From: a bacterium
GTDB lineage: Bacteria; UBA10199; 2-02-FULL-44-16; DYJF01
Direction of reading: 5' to 3'
Length of the DNA stretch: 16,034 nucleotides
NCBI GenBank assembly: GCA_041739675.1
Contig: JBGSNL010000061.1
Coordinates: 1 to 16,034 of the forward strand
Part shown: one piece after another, positions 7,952 through 15,993 of the stretch
Layout: every line of letters starts with the position of its first letter
How positions within the stretch are numbered: position 1 is the first letter of the stretch
Made by a program: the position numbers and the translations under genes
The notes under the pieces: model-generated
Database searches by the model: none
What the model saw: the letters and a program-made list of their open reading frames with translations, nothing else
What the model was told of the DNA's origin: nothing

Positions 7952-9166
7952 GTGAGAAAGCGTGTACTTTTCGTCGTGGCGGTTGCCTGCCTCGCGGGCG
8001 CCGTTCTGGCCGCCATTTCAACTTCACAATATTTGAGAATTCATGAGAAGGGGATGGAGGAGAAAAGTTTTTGCGCGATCTCCGAAGTCATAGATTGCGA
8101 CATCGCCTCCGCCAGCTCGTATTCAAGTGTCGCCGGGATGCCAATTGCATGGTTCGGGCTTGTCGCCTATCTGCTGATCGGCAGCATGGCCCTCTTCGGC
8201 GCGATATCCAAAAAAAATCGGAAGTCCTCCGTCGCCGTCGCGTGGTTTCTCTCAATCTTCGCGCTTCTTTATTCTATAAGGATGGCCTACCTTCTCTTCG
8301 CGGTGCTGGGCGTTGCCTGCATTGAGTGCATCGGGATGTACATTGTCAATGTCATCGCCGCCTTCGGGCTCTGGCGCGCGCTTAATACCCCTCTGAAAGA
8401 TACGGGAAAATTCTTTTTGGATTACATCAGGGCGGTTTTCAAAAAACCTTCAGGTCTTGGCTTTCAACCGAAGATCGTGGCGCACGCATTCGTCGTAATA
8501 GCCGCGTTCGGTATCGGCGCGGCCGTCATCTACAATTTGCAGGGAGGACCGGCGCAGAAGGGCGTGACGCTCAAGGAAAAGATAAACGCACACTACATGC
8601 AGTCGCTGTATGATATTCCTGTGAACCCTGACTGGCCGGTGTGGGGAAACCCAGATGGTGCGGTCACGATAATCGAGTTTTCGGATTTCGAATGCCCGTT
8701 TTGCAGACTCGCCGCTTTCAACGTCAGGCCGTATCTTCAGGAGTTCAAAAAAGACGTGCGGTTCTATTTTGTGAATTATCCGCTCGACCAGTCGTGCAAC
8801 CCTTACCTTGAGCATCCGATGCACATGAACGCCTGCTTGGCTGCATATGCCGTCGAGTGCGCCAACAAGCTCGGCGATTTCTGGAGCTTTCACGACGACG
8901 TTTTCAAGTTGAAGAAAAACATGAACAGGGATGCCATCATCGGCCTTGCCGAAAAAAGGAACTGGAACCCGCAGGAATTCGCGGCATGCCTGGATTCGGA
9001 GGAGACAAAAAAACGAATTCTCGCCGATATCGAAGCCGGAAAGAGGGCCTACATATCGGGTACGCCTTCTCTGATAATCGATGGAAGAAGATTGAAGTAC
9101 TGGCGGGATCCCAATTTTCTGCAGGCGGTCGTGAAAGAGGAAAAAAAGCGCGCAAAGTCCCGCTAG
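7952..9166 (+). CDS. Vitamin K epoxide reductase (VKOR) domain fused to a DsbA-like thioredoxin-fold domain
   Basis: GTG start after GGGGAG. VKOR loop cysteines (FCAISEVIDCD..SSYS, GMPIAWFG), a CIEC redox motif in the transmembrane region, and a C-terminal DsbA domain (VTIIEFSDFECPFC, YPL, cis-Pro motif GTPS). Confidence 0.9.
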   Translation: MRKRVLFVVAVACLAGAVLAAISTSQYLRIHEKGMEEKSFCAISEVIDCDIASASSYSSVAGMPIAWFGLVAYLLIGSMALFGAISKKNRKSSVAVAWFLSIFALLYSIRMAYLLFAVLGVACIECIGMYIVNVIAAFGLWRALNTPLKDTGKFFLDYIRAVFKKPSGLGFQPKIVAHAFVVIAAFGIGAAVIYNLQGGPAQKGVTLKEKINAHYMQSLYDIPVNPDWPVWGNPDGAVTIIEFSDFECPFCRLAAFNVRPYLQEFKKDVRFYFVNYPLDQSCNPYLEHPMHMNACLAAYAVECANKLGDFWSFHDDVFKLKKNMNRDAIIGLAEKRNWNPQEFAACLDSEETKKRILADIEAGKRAYISGTPSLIIDGRRLKYWRDPNFLQAVVKEEKKRAKSR

Positions 9167-10383
9167 TCGTTGACGTGGCTTTGCGCCTCTATGGATTCGT
9201 AGAAGTTTATTGCCTTTCTCACATATCTTCTCTTGTCGGCGTAGTCCCCAGGGAAGAAGCTCCGTTTAAATCCGTATATAATGATGTCTTTCAAGCGCTC
9301 CGGCGAGATGTCAAAACCCTTCACTGCGAGGTCGATCTCGTTCGTCACCGTCGTATTTGAAACCAGTCTGTTGTCCGTGCAGAATGTCGTTGAAAGACGA
9401 TTCTCAAGCATCTTTCTGAACGGATGGTGTGAAAGCTCTTTCAAGTGCGGGATCGTCTGAAGATTCGAAGTCAGGCATATCTCTATGGTGATGCGCCTGT
9501 CCGCGATATGCTGCGCAAGATCTTTCACGTATTTTTCTTTTTCATTTTCGCCGGGCAGGTCGATCATATCTACGTCGAAAAGATGAGTGCCGTGTCCTAT
9601 GCGGTCCGCGTGGCAATCGGTGATGGCTTGGAAGATGGAGGCCGGCCCATATGCCTCGCCGGCATGGACCGTTTTCTTCAAAAAACTCTTGTTTGCAATG
9701 TCGTAGGCCTGGCGATGATCCTCCGCTGGGTAGCCCTTTTCCGCGCCCGCCAGATCCACCCCCACAACAGGTACGCCGTCAGAGTCGCGCGATCTTATTA
9801 GTGCGCGCGCAAGATCTTTTGACGCCAGCCCGAAGAGCTCTTCCTGGGGCATGTCTCGATGGAGTCCTATGAGGGTGCGGTAGTAGCCCGAAAAATGCTC
9901 GTTGAACATCCTGAGCGCGCAGCCGATGATCCCGTATTCGAACGGTGGCTCTCCCCCTTCCACGATCTCGGTGCGGGAATTTATCTCCTTCTTCGCGCGG
10001 TCGAAACCGCGGGCCACGCTTTTCAAAACTTCATCGATGGAAAGTGCCGCATTGACGTGAAGCTGCGGCGCGAATCTCGGTTCGATGTAGCGCACCCCCT
10101 CCGCGAATGCATCCTGTCCTAGTTCGTACGATATCCTTTCGATCGCCTCCGGCGTCTGCATCACCGCGCACGTGTATTGAAAACCCTGAAGGTATTCCAC
10201 AAGATCCTTGTAACGGTCCTTGAAGACAAGCTCTTTCAAGCCCTCCACCGTGTGCGAGGGCAGAGCGATCTTCTGGCTCTTGGCAAGCTCTATCAGCGTG
10301 GGGAGTCTCAAGCTCCCGTCAAGATGGCAATGGAGATCAGTCTTGGGGAGTTTTTTGATAAGATCTTTGGTGAGAATTTTCAT
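9163..10383 (-). CDS. add: Adenosine deaminase family amidohydrolase (406 aa)
   Basis: True start is ATG 10383 (MKILTKDLIKKLPKTDLHCHLDGSLR), overlapping the porB stop as ATGA. Motifs YIEPRFAP, GVDLAGAE, TVHAGEAYG, RIGHG, EICLTSN and TDNR. The exact substrate is uncertain. Confidence 0.88.
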   Translation of the reverse strand: MKILTKDLIKKLPKTDLHCHLDGSLRLPTLIELAKSQKIALPSHTVEGLKELVFKDRYKDLVEYLQGFQYTCAVMQTPEAIERISYELGQDAFAEGVRYIEPRFAPQLHVNAALSIDEVLKSVARGFDRAKKEINSRTEIVEGGEPPFEYGIIGCALRMFNEHFSGYYRTLIGLHRDMPQEELFGLASKDLARALIRSRDSDGVPVVGVDLAGAEKGYPAEDHRQAYDIANKSFLKKTVHAGEAYGPASIFQAITDCHADRIGHGTHLFDVDMIDLPGENEKEKYVKDLAQHIADRRITIEICLTSNLQTIPHLKELSHHPFRKMLENRLSTTFCTDNRLVSNTTVTNEIDLAVKGFDISPERLKDIIIYGFKRSFFPGDYADKRRYVRKAINFYESIEAQSHVND

Positions 10384-11288
10384 TGGGCCTGTTTTTTCAA
10401 CTGTTCCCAATTGTGATCTACCTGGCGCTGGATCTCGGCCACCTGCTCTTCTTTGAGATGTCTGAAGCGCCCCTGGATCTTCAAATATTCTTTGACCGGG
10501 ATGCCCTTCGGCTCGATGTTGATGACCGTGCGTTCGCCGTCGAAGATTTCGTACATCGGAAAGAGTTTCGATTCGACCGCGCGCCGCATCGACTCGACGC
10601 TTAACTCGCTCGCAATCTTCCAGCCGGCCGTGCACGAACAGAGAATGTGTATGAATCGGAACCCCTTGATTGTCTTGGCCTTGGCGAACTTTGCCATAAG
10701 ATCGTGCGGATATCCGGCCGATGTCGTGGCGACATATGGTATTTTGTGGGCCGCCATGATCTGGTCGATCGGTTTTTTGGGGACCATCTTGGGATAGTCG
10801 GTGGGAGTTGTCGTCGTCCACGCATAGAGTGGAGTTGCCGAGGAGCGCTGTATGCCCGTGTTCATGTAGGCTTCGTTGTCGTAGCAGACGCAGATGACGT
10901 TTTCATTTCTTTCCGCCGCGGCGGAAAGAGATTGAAGGCCGATATCGAACGTTCCGCCGTCCCCGGCCCAGCCCATTATAGTTGTTTCGGTTTTCCCCTG
11001 AATATCTAGCGCCGCTCGCACGCCTGAAACTGCAGCGCCGGTGGTTTCGAACGCCGTGTGCATGAGCGGAAGCTTGAGATTCGAGTAGGGGAAAGGTCCC
11101 GGGATAACCGCCCAGCAACAAGCCGGGATGACGACGACAGTGTCCTCTCCCAATGCCTTGAGTGCGAGTCTCATAGCGATAGCCGCTCCGCATCCGGGAC
11201 ACGCAAGATGCCCCGACGTCATTAGTTCGGATGCCGGATACTGCTGCGGCGCAACGCCTTGGCCTGATGTTCTGGGATCTGTTATCAT
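10380..11288 (-). CDS. porB: 2-oxoacid:acceptor oxidoreductase beta subunit (TPP-binding; PorB/VorB type)
   Basis: GHLACPGCG, ACC, TPP motif GDGGTFDIG...DNEAYMNTGIQRS and YLKIQGRFRHL. ATG 11288 overlaps the alpha subunit stop (ATGA). Confidence 0.9.
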   Translation of the reverse strand: MITDPRTSGQGVAPQQYPASELMTSGHLACPGCGAAIAMRLALKALGEDTVVVIPACCWAVIPGPFPYSNLKLPLMHTAFETTGAAVSGVRAALDIQGKTETTIMGWAGDGGTFDIGLQSLSAAAERNENVICVCYDNEAYMNTGIQRSSATPLYAWTTTTPTDYPKMVPKKPIDQIMAAHKIPYVATTSAGYPHDLMAKFAKAKTIKGFRFIHILCSCTAGWKIASELSVESMRRAVESKLFPMYEIFDGERTVINIEPKGIPVKEYLKIQGRFRHLKEEQVAEIQRQVDHNWEQLKKQAQ

Positions 11289-12460
11289 TTCTTGAGCCCC
11301 ACCCAAACCGGAGCGCTGCCCGGTTTATCCTGATCTTTTGCCGATTGATACGCTTCGATTATAGTGTCGACGGTGATGTCTCTGCCGCCAAGCCCCACAA
11401 GGAAGCTGAAGATTTCGGGGATCCTGGGCTGTCCGCACAACGCGGCTCTTATCTCCTGCGCCCAGATTCCGCCGGCCCCGTGGCTGATATTGCGGTCGAG
11501 AACCGCTATCTTCTTCACGATTGTCCTGCCGTCAACGTTTGCGATCGCGTTTTTAATCTCCTCGACCGGGAACGGCCTGAACATGCGGAGCTTCAGAAGG
11601 CCCACCTGTTCGCCTTTTTCGCGAAGTCTGTCCACGGCAACGCGCGCCGTTGAGGTCATCGAGCCGCTTGTCACGAGAACGATCTCCGCGTCTTCGGTTC
11701 TGTAAGTTTCTGCTATGTCGTGCATGCGCTTGAAACGTTTTGCATAATCCTTTGCGATCGCGCGGTATGTATCCCTCACCTTGGCGTGCGCCTCTTCCAT
11801 TATATATCTGAATTCCATGTAGTGTTCCGGGCCGGTGAGCGCGCTGAAGGTGAGAGGATTTTTAGGATCGAGAGTGAACTTGGCTTTTCTGGGAGGAAGG
11901 AACTTGTCGACATCGTCCTGATCGGGAATATCCACCGCCTCGTACGTGTGCGAAAGAATGAACGCGTCGTATATGACCATAACGGGAAGATCGGTCTCCT
12001 CGGCGAGTTTGAATGCCATGATCGTGGCGTCTAAAACCTCCTGGTTCGTTTCACAGTAGATCTGAATCCAGCCTGTGTCCCTTTGCGCGAGCGAATCTGT
12101 CTGGTCGCTCCAGATGGACCATCCCGGGGCCATTGCGCGGTTGACATCGGTCATGACGATGGGGAGCCTCGCGTATGCCGCCCAGAATAAAAGTTCGTGC
12201 ATCAGGGCGAGCCCCTGCGCGGACGTCGCGGTGAACGTGCGCGCTCCCGCCTGCGACGCGCCGATGAGGCAAGCCATTGCGGAGTGCTCCGATTCCACTT
12301 TTATAAACTGGGCCTTGAGCCGCCCGTCGGCGCACATCTCCGAGAGCTCCTCCACGATCTGCGTCTGCGGCGTGATTGGGTAGGCCGATATCACCTGCGC
12401 GCGCGCCAGGCGGACGCCGTGAGAGGTGGCATGATTTCCCATCAGGACTTCTTGCATCAT
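11285..12460 (-). CDS. porA: 2-oxoacid:acceptor oxidoreductase alpha subunit (PorA/VorA type)
   Basis: MGNHA, AYPITPQT, VESEHSAM, TATSAQGLALMHE, RDTGWIQ, RMFRPFP and GLGGRD. Start is ATG 12460 or 12457, after GGAG. Confidence 0.92.
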   Translation of the reverse strand: MMQEVLMGNHATSHGVRLARAQVISAYPITPQTQIVEELSEMCADGRLKAQFIKVESEHSAMACLIGASQAGARTFTATSAQGLALMHELLFWAAYARLPIVMTDVNRAMAPGWSIWSDQTDSLAQRDTGWIQIYCETNQEVLDATIMAFKLAEETDLPVMVIYDAFILSHTYEAVDIPDQDDVDKFLPPRKAKFTLDPKNPLTFSALTGPEHYMEFRYIMEEAHAKVRDTYRAIAKDYAKRFKRMHDIAETYRTEDAEIVLVTSGSMTSTARVAVDRLREKGEQVGLLKLRMFRPFPVEEIKNAIANVDGRTIVKKIAVLDRNISHGAGGIWAQEIRAALCGQPRIPEIFSFLVGLGGRDITVDTIIEAYQSAKDQDKPGSAPVWVGLKK

Positions 12461-14262
12461 ATCTCCGTGGGTTCTTCTATCAGTTCCAGCGCGGCCCGCG
12501 GGCACTCGTGCACGCAGACGCCGCATCCTTTGCAATATGTGAAATCAAAGGCATATCCGCCCGTGACCTTCGCGATCGATATGTCCGGGCAATAGATAAA
12601 GCAGTTGTCGCACTCCGTGCAGCGGCCGCAGTGGAAGCAGCGCGAAAGCTCGTCTGAAACGACGTCTTTCGACGGGGCCTGGTGCACTTCAGAGAAGGGG
12701 CGGGTGCCCAGCCTGTCTTCAACGGAGCGCATCGGATATTCGTTCGGTTTCGATTCCCAGAAATAGGCTGTATTGAGATCCTCGAATTTCGCGATCCTGT
12801 TCTTGGCAACGACGACGGGAGATGCTTCGGGCGTTTTTTCCGCCTCGAGATAGCGAAGGTAATCTCCCATCCTCACCGAATTCGAATCGCCTATTTTTAT
12901 TTTTTGGAACACCAGATCGAAATCGTCTTTTCTGAAAAAACAATCGATCGCGATAGCGGATCTTTTTCCCGCAGCCATTGCGTCAACCGCCGTGCGTGGC
13001 TGATTTATGAAATCGCCGCCGGCGAAGACGTTGTGCCATTCGGTCCTGCCGCCTTGCTTTGTTGCAAGCGCGCCCTTGTGAATGGCCAGGGCGGATGGGA
13101 TGATGGCGGTCTCAATCTCTTCTCCCACCGCGGAAAGAACCGAGTTGGCCTCAAATGTGATCTCGGAGCCCGGGACCGCGACGGGCGATCTTCTTCCGGA
13201 TTCGTCGGGTTCGCCAAGTTTCGCGCGGTCGCATACGAGCCCTGCGGCTCTGCCGTCCTTCACGACGACGCTCTTCGGCATGACGAGAAATTCGATCTTG
13301 ATGCCTTCGGCCAGCGCCTCTTTCACTTCCGATTCGAATGCCGGCATCTCTTCGCGCGAGCGGCGGTATAAAACCGTGACGTCGCCTCCGAAGCGCTTGG
13401 CGGTCCGGGCGGCGTCGATTGCCGTGTTGCCGCCTCCAACCACAAGCACCTTCTTGCCGAGCGGGGGCGCCTTGCCCTGCGCCGTGAGATCAAGGAATGT
13501 GAGCCCGGGCATCACGCCTTCCGTTTTTTCGTCTGGAATTCCAAGCGCGCGGCTCCTGTGAGCGCCTATCGCGAGATATATGGCGTCGTATTCCTGCCGT
13601 AGCATCTGCATGGCCGCCGCGTCTCTTATCGATTTTCCGAACTGGAACTCTACGCCCATTTTTTTCAGGCGGTCTATTTCGATATCGAGAACGTCTTTGG
13701 GAAGGCGGTACTCCGGAATTCCGTAGCGTAACACTCCGCCGCCTCTGGCGTTTCTTTCCATGACGACTGCCTTATGGCCAAGCCTTGTCAGATGATAAGC
13801 GCATGCCAATCCCGCCGGTCCGCTGCCAACGATCGCCACTTTTTTCTTCGACAGCGTCCTGAATGGTTTTGCAACCGGAGGATTCGCACCAACCTTGTCG
13901 GCCAGAACACGCTCTAACATCTGGATAGATATGGAGCCGCCAAGCTCTTTCCTGTTGCAGCCCTCCTGGCACGGATGGAAGCACACGCGCCCCATGAGGG
14001 CGGGAAACGGGTTTTCAATAATCGCCTTCTCCCACGCCTCTTCAACTTTGCCCTTCTCAAGAAGTTTGATCCATGCCTCGATGTTGTTTGCGGTGGGGCA
14101 TGACGCCTGACAGGCGGGTATCTGATCGACGTACTGCGGGCGAAGATAGCGCCACGTGCCTGTTTCGTTCCACGTCATGAGCGCGGCGGACATCGTGCAA
14201 TAGGGCATTTCAGAAGCGCCCTTGAAAGTCGTAGGTTTCGGATGTTTTTTCGTTTCCTTCAT
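12457..14262 (-). CDS. GltD/NfnB-like FAD- and NAD(P)-binding Fe-S oxidoreductase fused with a PorD-like 2[4Fe-4S] domain
   Basis: PACQASCP and NPFP..MGRVCFHPCQEGCNR Fe-S motifs; FAD motif VAIVGSGPAGL; GGVLRYGIPEYRLP; second dinucleotide motif VVGGGNTAIDAAR followed by YRRS..EMPA; VFAGGD; C-terminal RCFHCG, CTECDNCFIYCP and YCKGCGVCVHECP. GAGGTG RBS. Confidence 0.88.
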   Translation of the reverse strand: MKETKKHPKPTTFKGASEMPYCTMSAALMTWNETGTWRYLRPQYVDQIPACQASCPTANNIEAWIKLLEKGKVEEAWEKAIIENPFPALMGRVCFHPCQEGCNRKELGGSISIQMLERVLADKVGANPPVAKPFRTLSKKKVAIVGSGPAGLACAYHLTRLGHKAVVMERNARGGGVLRYGIPEYRLPKDVLDIEIDRLKKMGVEFQFGKSIRDAAAMQMLRQEYDAIYLAIGAHRSRALGIPDEKTEGVMPGLTFLDLTAQGKAPPLGKKVLVVGGGNTAIDAARTAKRFGGDVTVLYRRSREEMPAFESEVKEALAEGIKIEFLVMPKSVVVKDGRAAGLVCDRAKLGEPDESGRRSPVAVPGSEITFEANSVLSAVGEEIETAIIPSALAIHKGALATKQGGRTEWHNVFAGGDFINQPRTAVDAMAAGKRSAIAIDCFFRKDDFDLVFQKIKIGDSNSVRMGDYLRYLEAEKTPEASPVVVAKNRIAKFEDLNTAYFWESKPNEYPMRSVEDRLGTRPFSEVHQAPSKDVVSDELSRCFHCGRCTECDNCFIYCPDISIAKVTGGYAFDFTYCKGCGVCVHECPRAALELIEEPTEI

Positions 14263-14820
14263 CTATATTCTCACCTCGGCAAAGGCGTCGCGCGCGGCGG
14301 CGGCGTTTGCCTCCGGCTTGATCGGCACTCCCTTTTCGACGGCCTTGCAAACCGAATCTATCGAACAGATTTCCGTGACTTTTATGAACGCGCCAAGAAT
14401 TGCGGTGTTGACGATGGGGCTCGTGGCCGAACCCACTTTATGTTTTATCGCTATCGCGTTCGCGTCCACAGTCGCTATGCGATTCTCCGCGAGTCTTGGG
14501 TTCTTGCGAAAAACTTCCGGATCGTGCTTCGTGTTGATTAGAATCACGCCGCCCGGCTTGAAGCCGTCGAAAGTGGCGGGGTTGTTCATGAGTGTTGAGT
14601 CAAGGATGATGAGGTGATCGGGATGATAAATGTTGTGCCGCAGATTGATCTGATGATCGTCTATCCTCACGAACGCCGTGACCGGCGCGCCGCGTCTTTC
14701 GACGCCGAATGCCGGGAAGGCCTGGACGAATTTGCCTTCGGAAAAAACCGCGGTGGCCAGAATTTTGCCGCCGATGACCGCGCCCTGTCCGCCGCGTCCG
14801 TGGAGCCTGATCTCAATCAT
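14263..14820 (-). CDS. porC: 2-oxoacid:acceptor oxidoreductase gamma subunit (PorC type)
   Basis: MIEIRLHGRGGQGAV, QAFPAFGVERRGAPV.AFVRI and IVNTAILGA. Confidence 0.93.
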   Translation of the reverse strand: MIEIRLHGRGGQGAVIGGKILATAVFSEGKFVQAFPAFGVERRGAPVTAFVRIDDHQINLRHNIYHPDHLIILDSTLMNNPATFDGFKPGGVILINTKHDPEVFRKNPRLAENRIATVDANAIAIKHKVGSATSPIVNTAILGAFIKVTEICSIDSVCKAVEKGVPIKPEANAAAARDAFAEVRI

Positions 14821-14846
14821 AGGAGGTCCCCGCTAAAAGTGGCGAC

Positions 14847-14874
14847 ACATTATCTTTTTTAAAGTGTATGTCAA
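14847..14874 (-). promoter_or_regulatory. Putative sigma70 promoter for the oxidoreductase operon
   Basis: On the minus strand: TTGACA (14874-14869, overlapping the DUF362 stop codon), 16 nt, then TAATGT (14852-14847), 26 nt before the porC ATG. Confidence 0.5.
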
Positions 14875-15923
14875 CCCACCGTTATGAGCTCGTAGGAAGG
14901 GGTTCCCAGCCCCATTTTCTCGGCGTGAGCGAGCTGCACGGTGTAATCGATATTGGGGTGGGCCTTTTTGAGGACGTCGGTTGCATCCGCCTTCAGAACA
15001 AGATCCAGCGCCGCGCGGTCAATGGCCAGAGGATCGGCCGACGCAAGAATTCCGATATCTTCCAGAAGCGGTTTTTCGCCAAAACTTATGCAGTCGCAAT
15101 TGGGCGTGATGTGATAGACAAACGAGACGCAGAAGATTTTTTTATTCTTCACCGCGCCCGCCGCGTACTCCGCAAGTTTCTCCTGCACGTTTTTTCCGGG
15201 CTCGCTCCATTTGATGCCGAGCGCTTCTTCCGCGCACGCTATTATACACTCTCCGCAACCGGCGCATTTTGCCGTGTCGAGCTTTATCTTTCCGTCGACG
15301 ACCATGAGTGCGTCCTGCTGGCATACCTCGACGCACGCCCCGCAACCCGTGCAATTTTTTTCCGTGACGGCCGGCGAAACAGTGGAGTGCATCTCAAATT
15401 TTCCGAGGCGCGCGCCGCATCCCATTCCCAGATTTTTGATGGCGCCGCCGAATCCCGTGAGCAGGTGCCCCTTGAAGTGGGAGACGGCTATTATCGCGTC
15501 CGCATCCGCTATCCCCCGCGCGATCTTCACCTTTTTGAAATGACGGCCGTCAACTTCAATTTCCTCATAGGGTTTTAGGGCGTCTGCGTCGGCTATGACG
15601 ACGGGCACGCTCAGTTTTTCCTCCGAAAATCCGTGCTCGGCCGCAACGGCCAGATGGCCTGCCGTGTTGTTCCTCTCGCCGTGGTAGATCGTGTTCGTAT
15701 CGGTCAAAAATGGATGTGCCGTCGCTTCATGCGCCATCTTTATGACAGGTTCAAAATATACGGGCCTGATGTAACCGTCGTTTCCCTTTTCGCCAAAGTG
15801 CGTCTTGATCGCCACCGACTCATCTTTGCCTAGTATGTCCGACAAACCGGCCACCTCAAGCAACTCAGAAAGCTTTTCTTTCCGCGCCCACGGCAAAAAC
15901 CAAACCTTTGACCTTTTGTTCAT
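14871..15923 (-). CDS. DUF362 domain protein with inserted 2[4Fe-4S] ferredoxin domain
   Basis: VAIKTHFGEKGN, PFLTDTNTIY.G.R, SHFKGH..TGFGGAIKNLGMGC..R.GK..MH, ferredoxin motifs CTGCGACVEVC and CAGCGECIIAC, then ITPNCDC and DIGILASADPLAID. Confidence 0.88.
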   Translation of the reverse strand: MNKRSKVWFLPWARKEKLSELLEVAGLSDILGKDESVAIKTHFGEKGNDGYIRPVYFEPVIKMAHEATAHPFLTDTNTIYHGERNNTAGHLAVAAEHGFSEEKLSVPVVIADADALKPYEEIEVDGRHFKKVKIARGIADADAIIAVSHFKGHLLTGFGGAIKNLGMGCGARLGKFEMHSTVSPAVTEKNCTGCGACVEVCQQDALMVVDGKIKLDTAKCAGCGECIIACAEEALGIKWSEPGKNVQEKLAEYAAGAVKNKKIFCVSFVYHITPNCDCISFGEKPLLEDIGILASADPLAIDRAALDLVLKADATDVLKKAHPNIDYTVQLAHAEKMGLGTPSYELITVG

Positions 15924-15930
15924 GGATATT

Positions 15931-15960
15931 CTTATAGAATAATAAAGGTTGATCTATCAA
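15931..15960 (-). promoter_or_regulatory. Putative sigma70 promoter of the DUF362 gene, probably giving a leaderless mRNA
   Basis: On the minus strand: TTGATA (15960-15955), 18 nt, TATAAG (15936-15931), 7 nt, then ATG. No Shine-Dalgarno sequence is visible. Confidence 0.5.
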
Positions 15961-15962
15961 GC

Positions 15963-15993
15963 GACAAAACTCGTCGGCTTTCGGGGCAGTGGG
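15963..15993 (-). repeat. Dispersed intergenic motif, copy 2 (CCCACTG-C-CCCGAAAGCC-GAC-GAGTTTTGTC on the minus strand)
   Basis: The reverse complement matches 3332-3371 in three exact blocks. Confidence 0.7.

Noticed and set aside
10384..10821. 146-aa N-terminal extension of the deaminase ORF (552 aa in the ORF track)
   Set aside because: It overlaps porB in another frame and has no recognisable motif. The family N-terminus begins at ATG 10383 with an ATGA coupling.
12461..12535. N-terminal extensions of porA, and similarly porB (11289-11306) and rlmD (2171-2221)
   Set aside because: They overlap upstream genes. The downstream ATGs match family N-termini and give typical coupled junctions.
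12457..14262. Annotation as glutamate synthase small subunit (gltD) or DsrL
   Set aside because: There is no gltB or dsr gene nearby. The PorD-like termini and operon position favour an oxoacid oxidoreductase subunit.
15949..15960. FNR box
   Set aside because: The half-sites are separated by 2 nt rather than the required 4. It is kept only as a generic palindrome.
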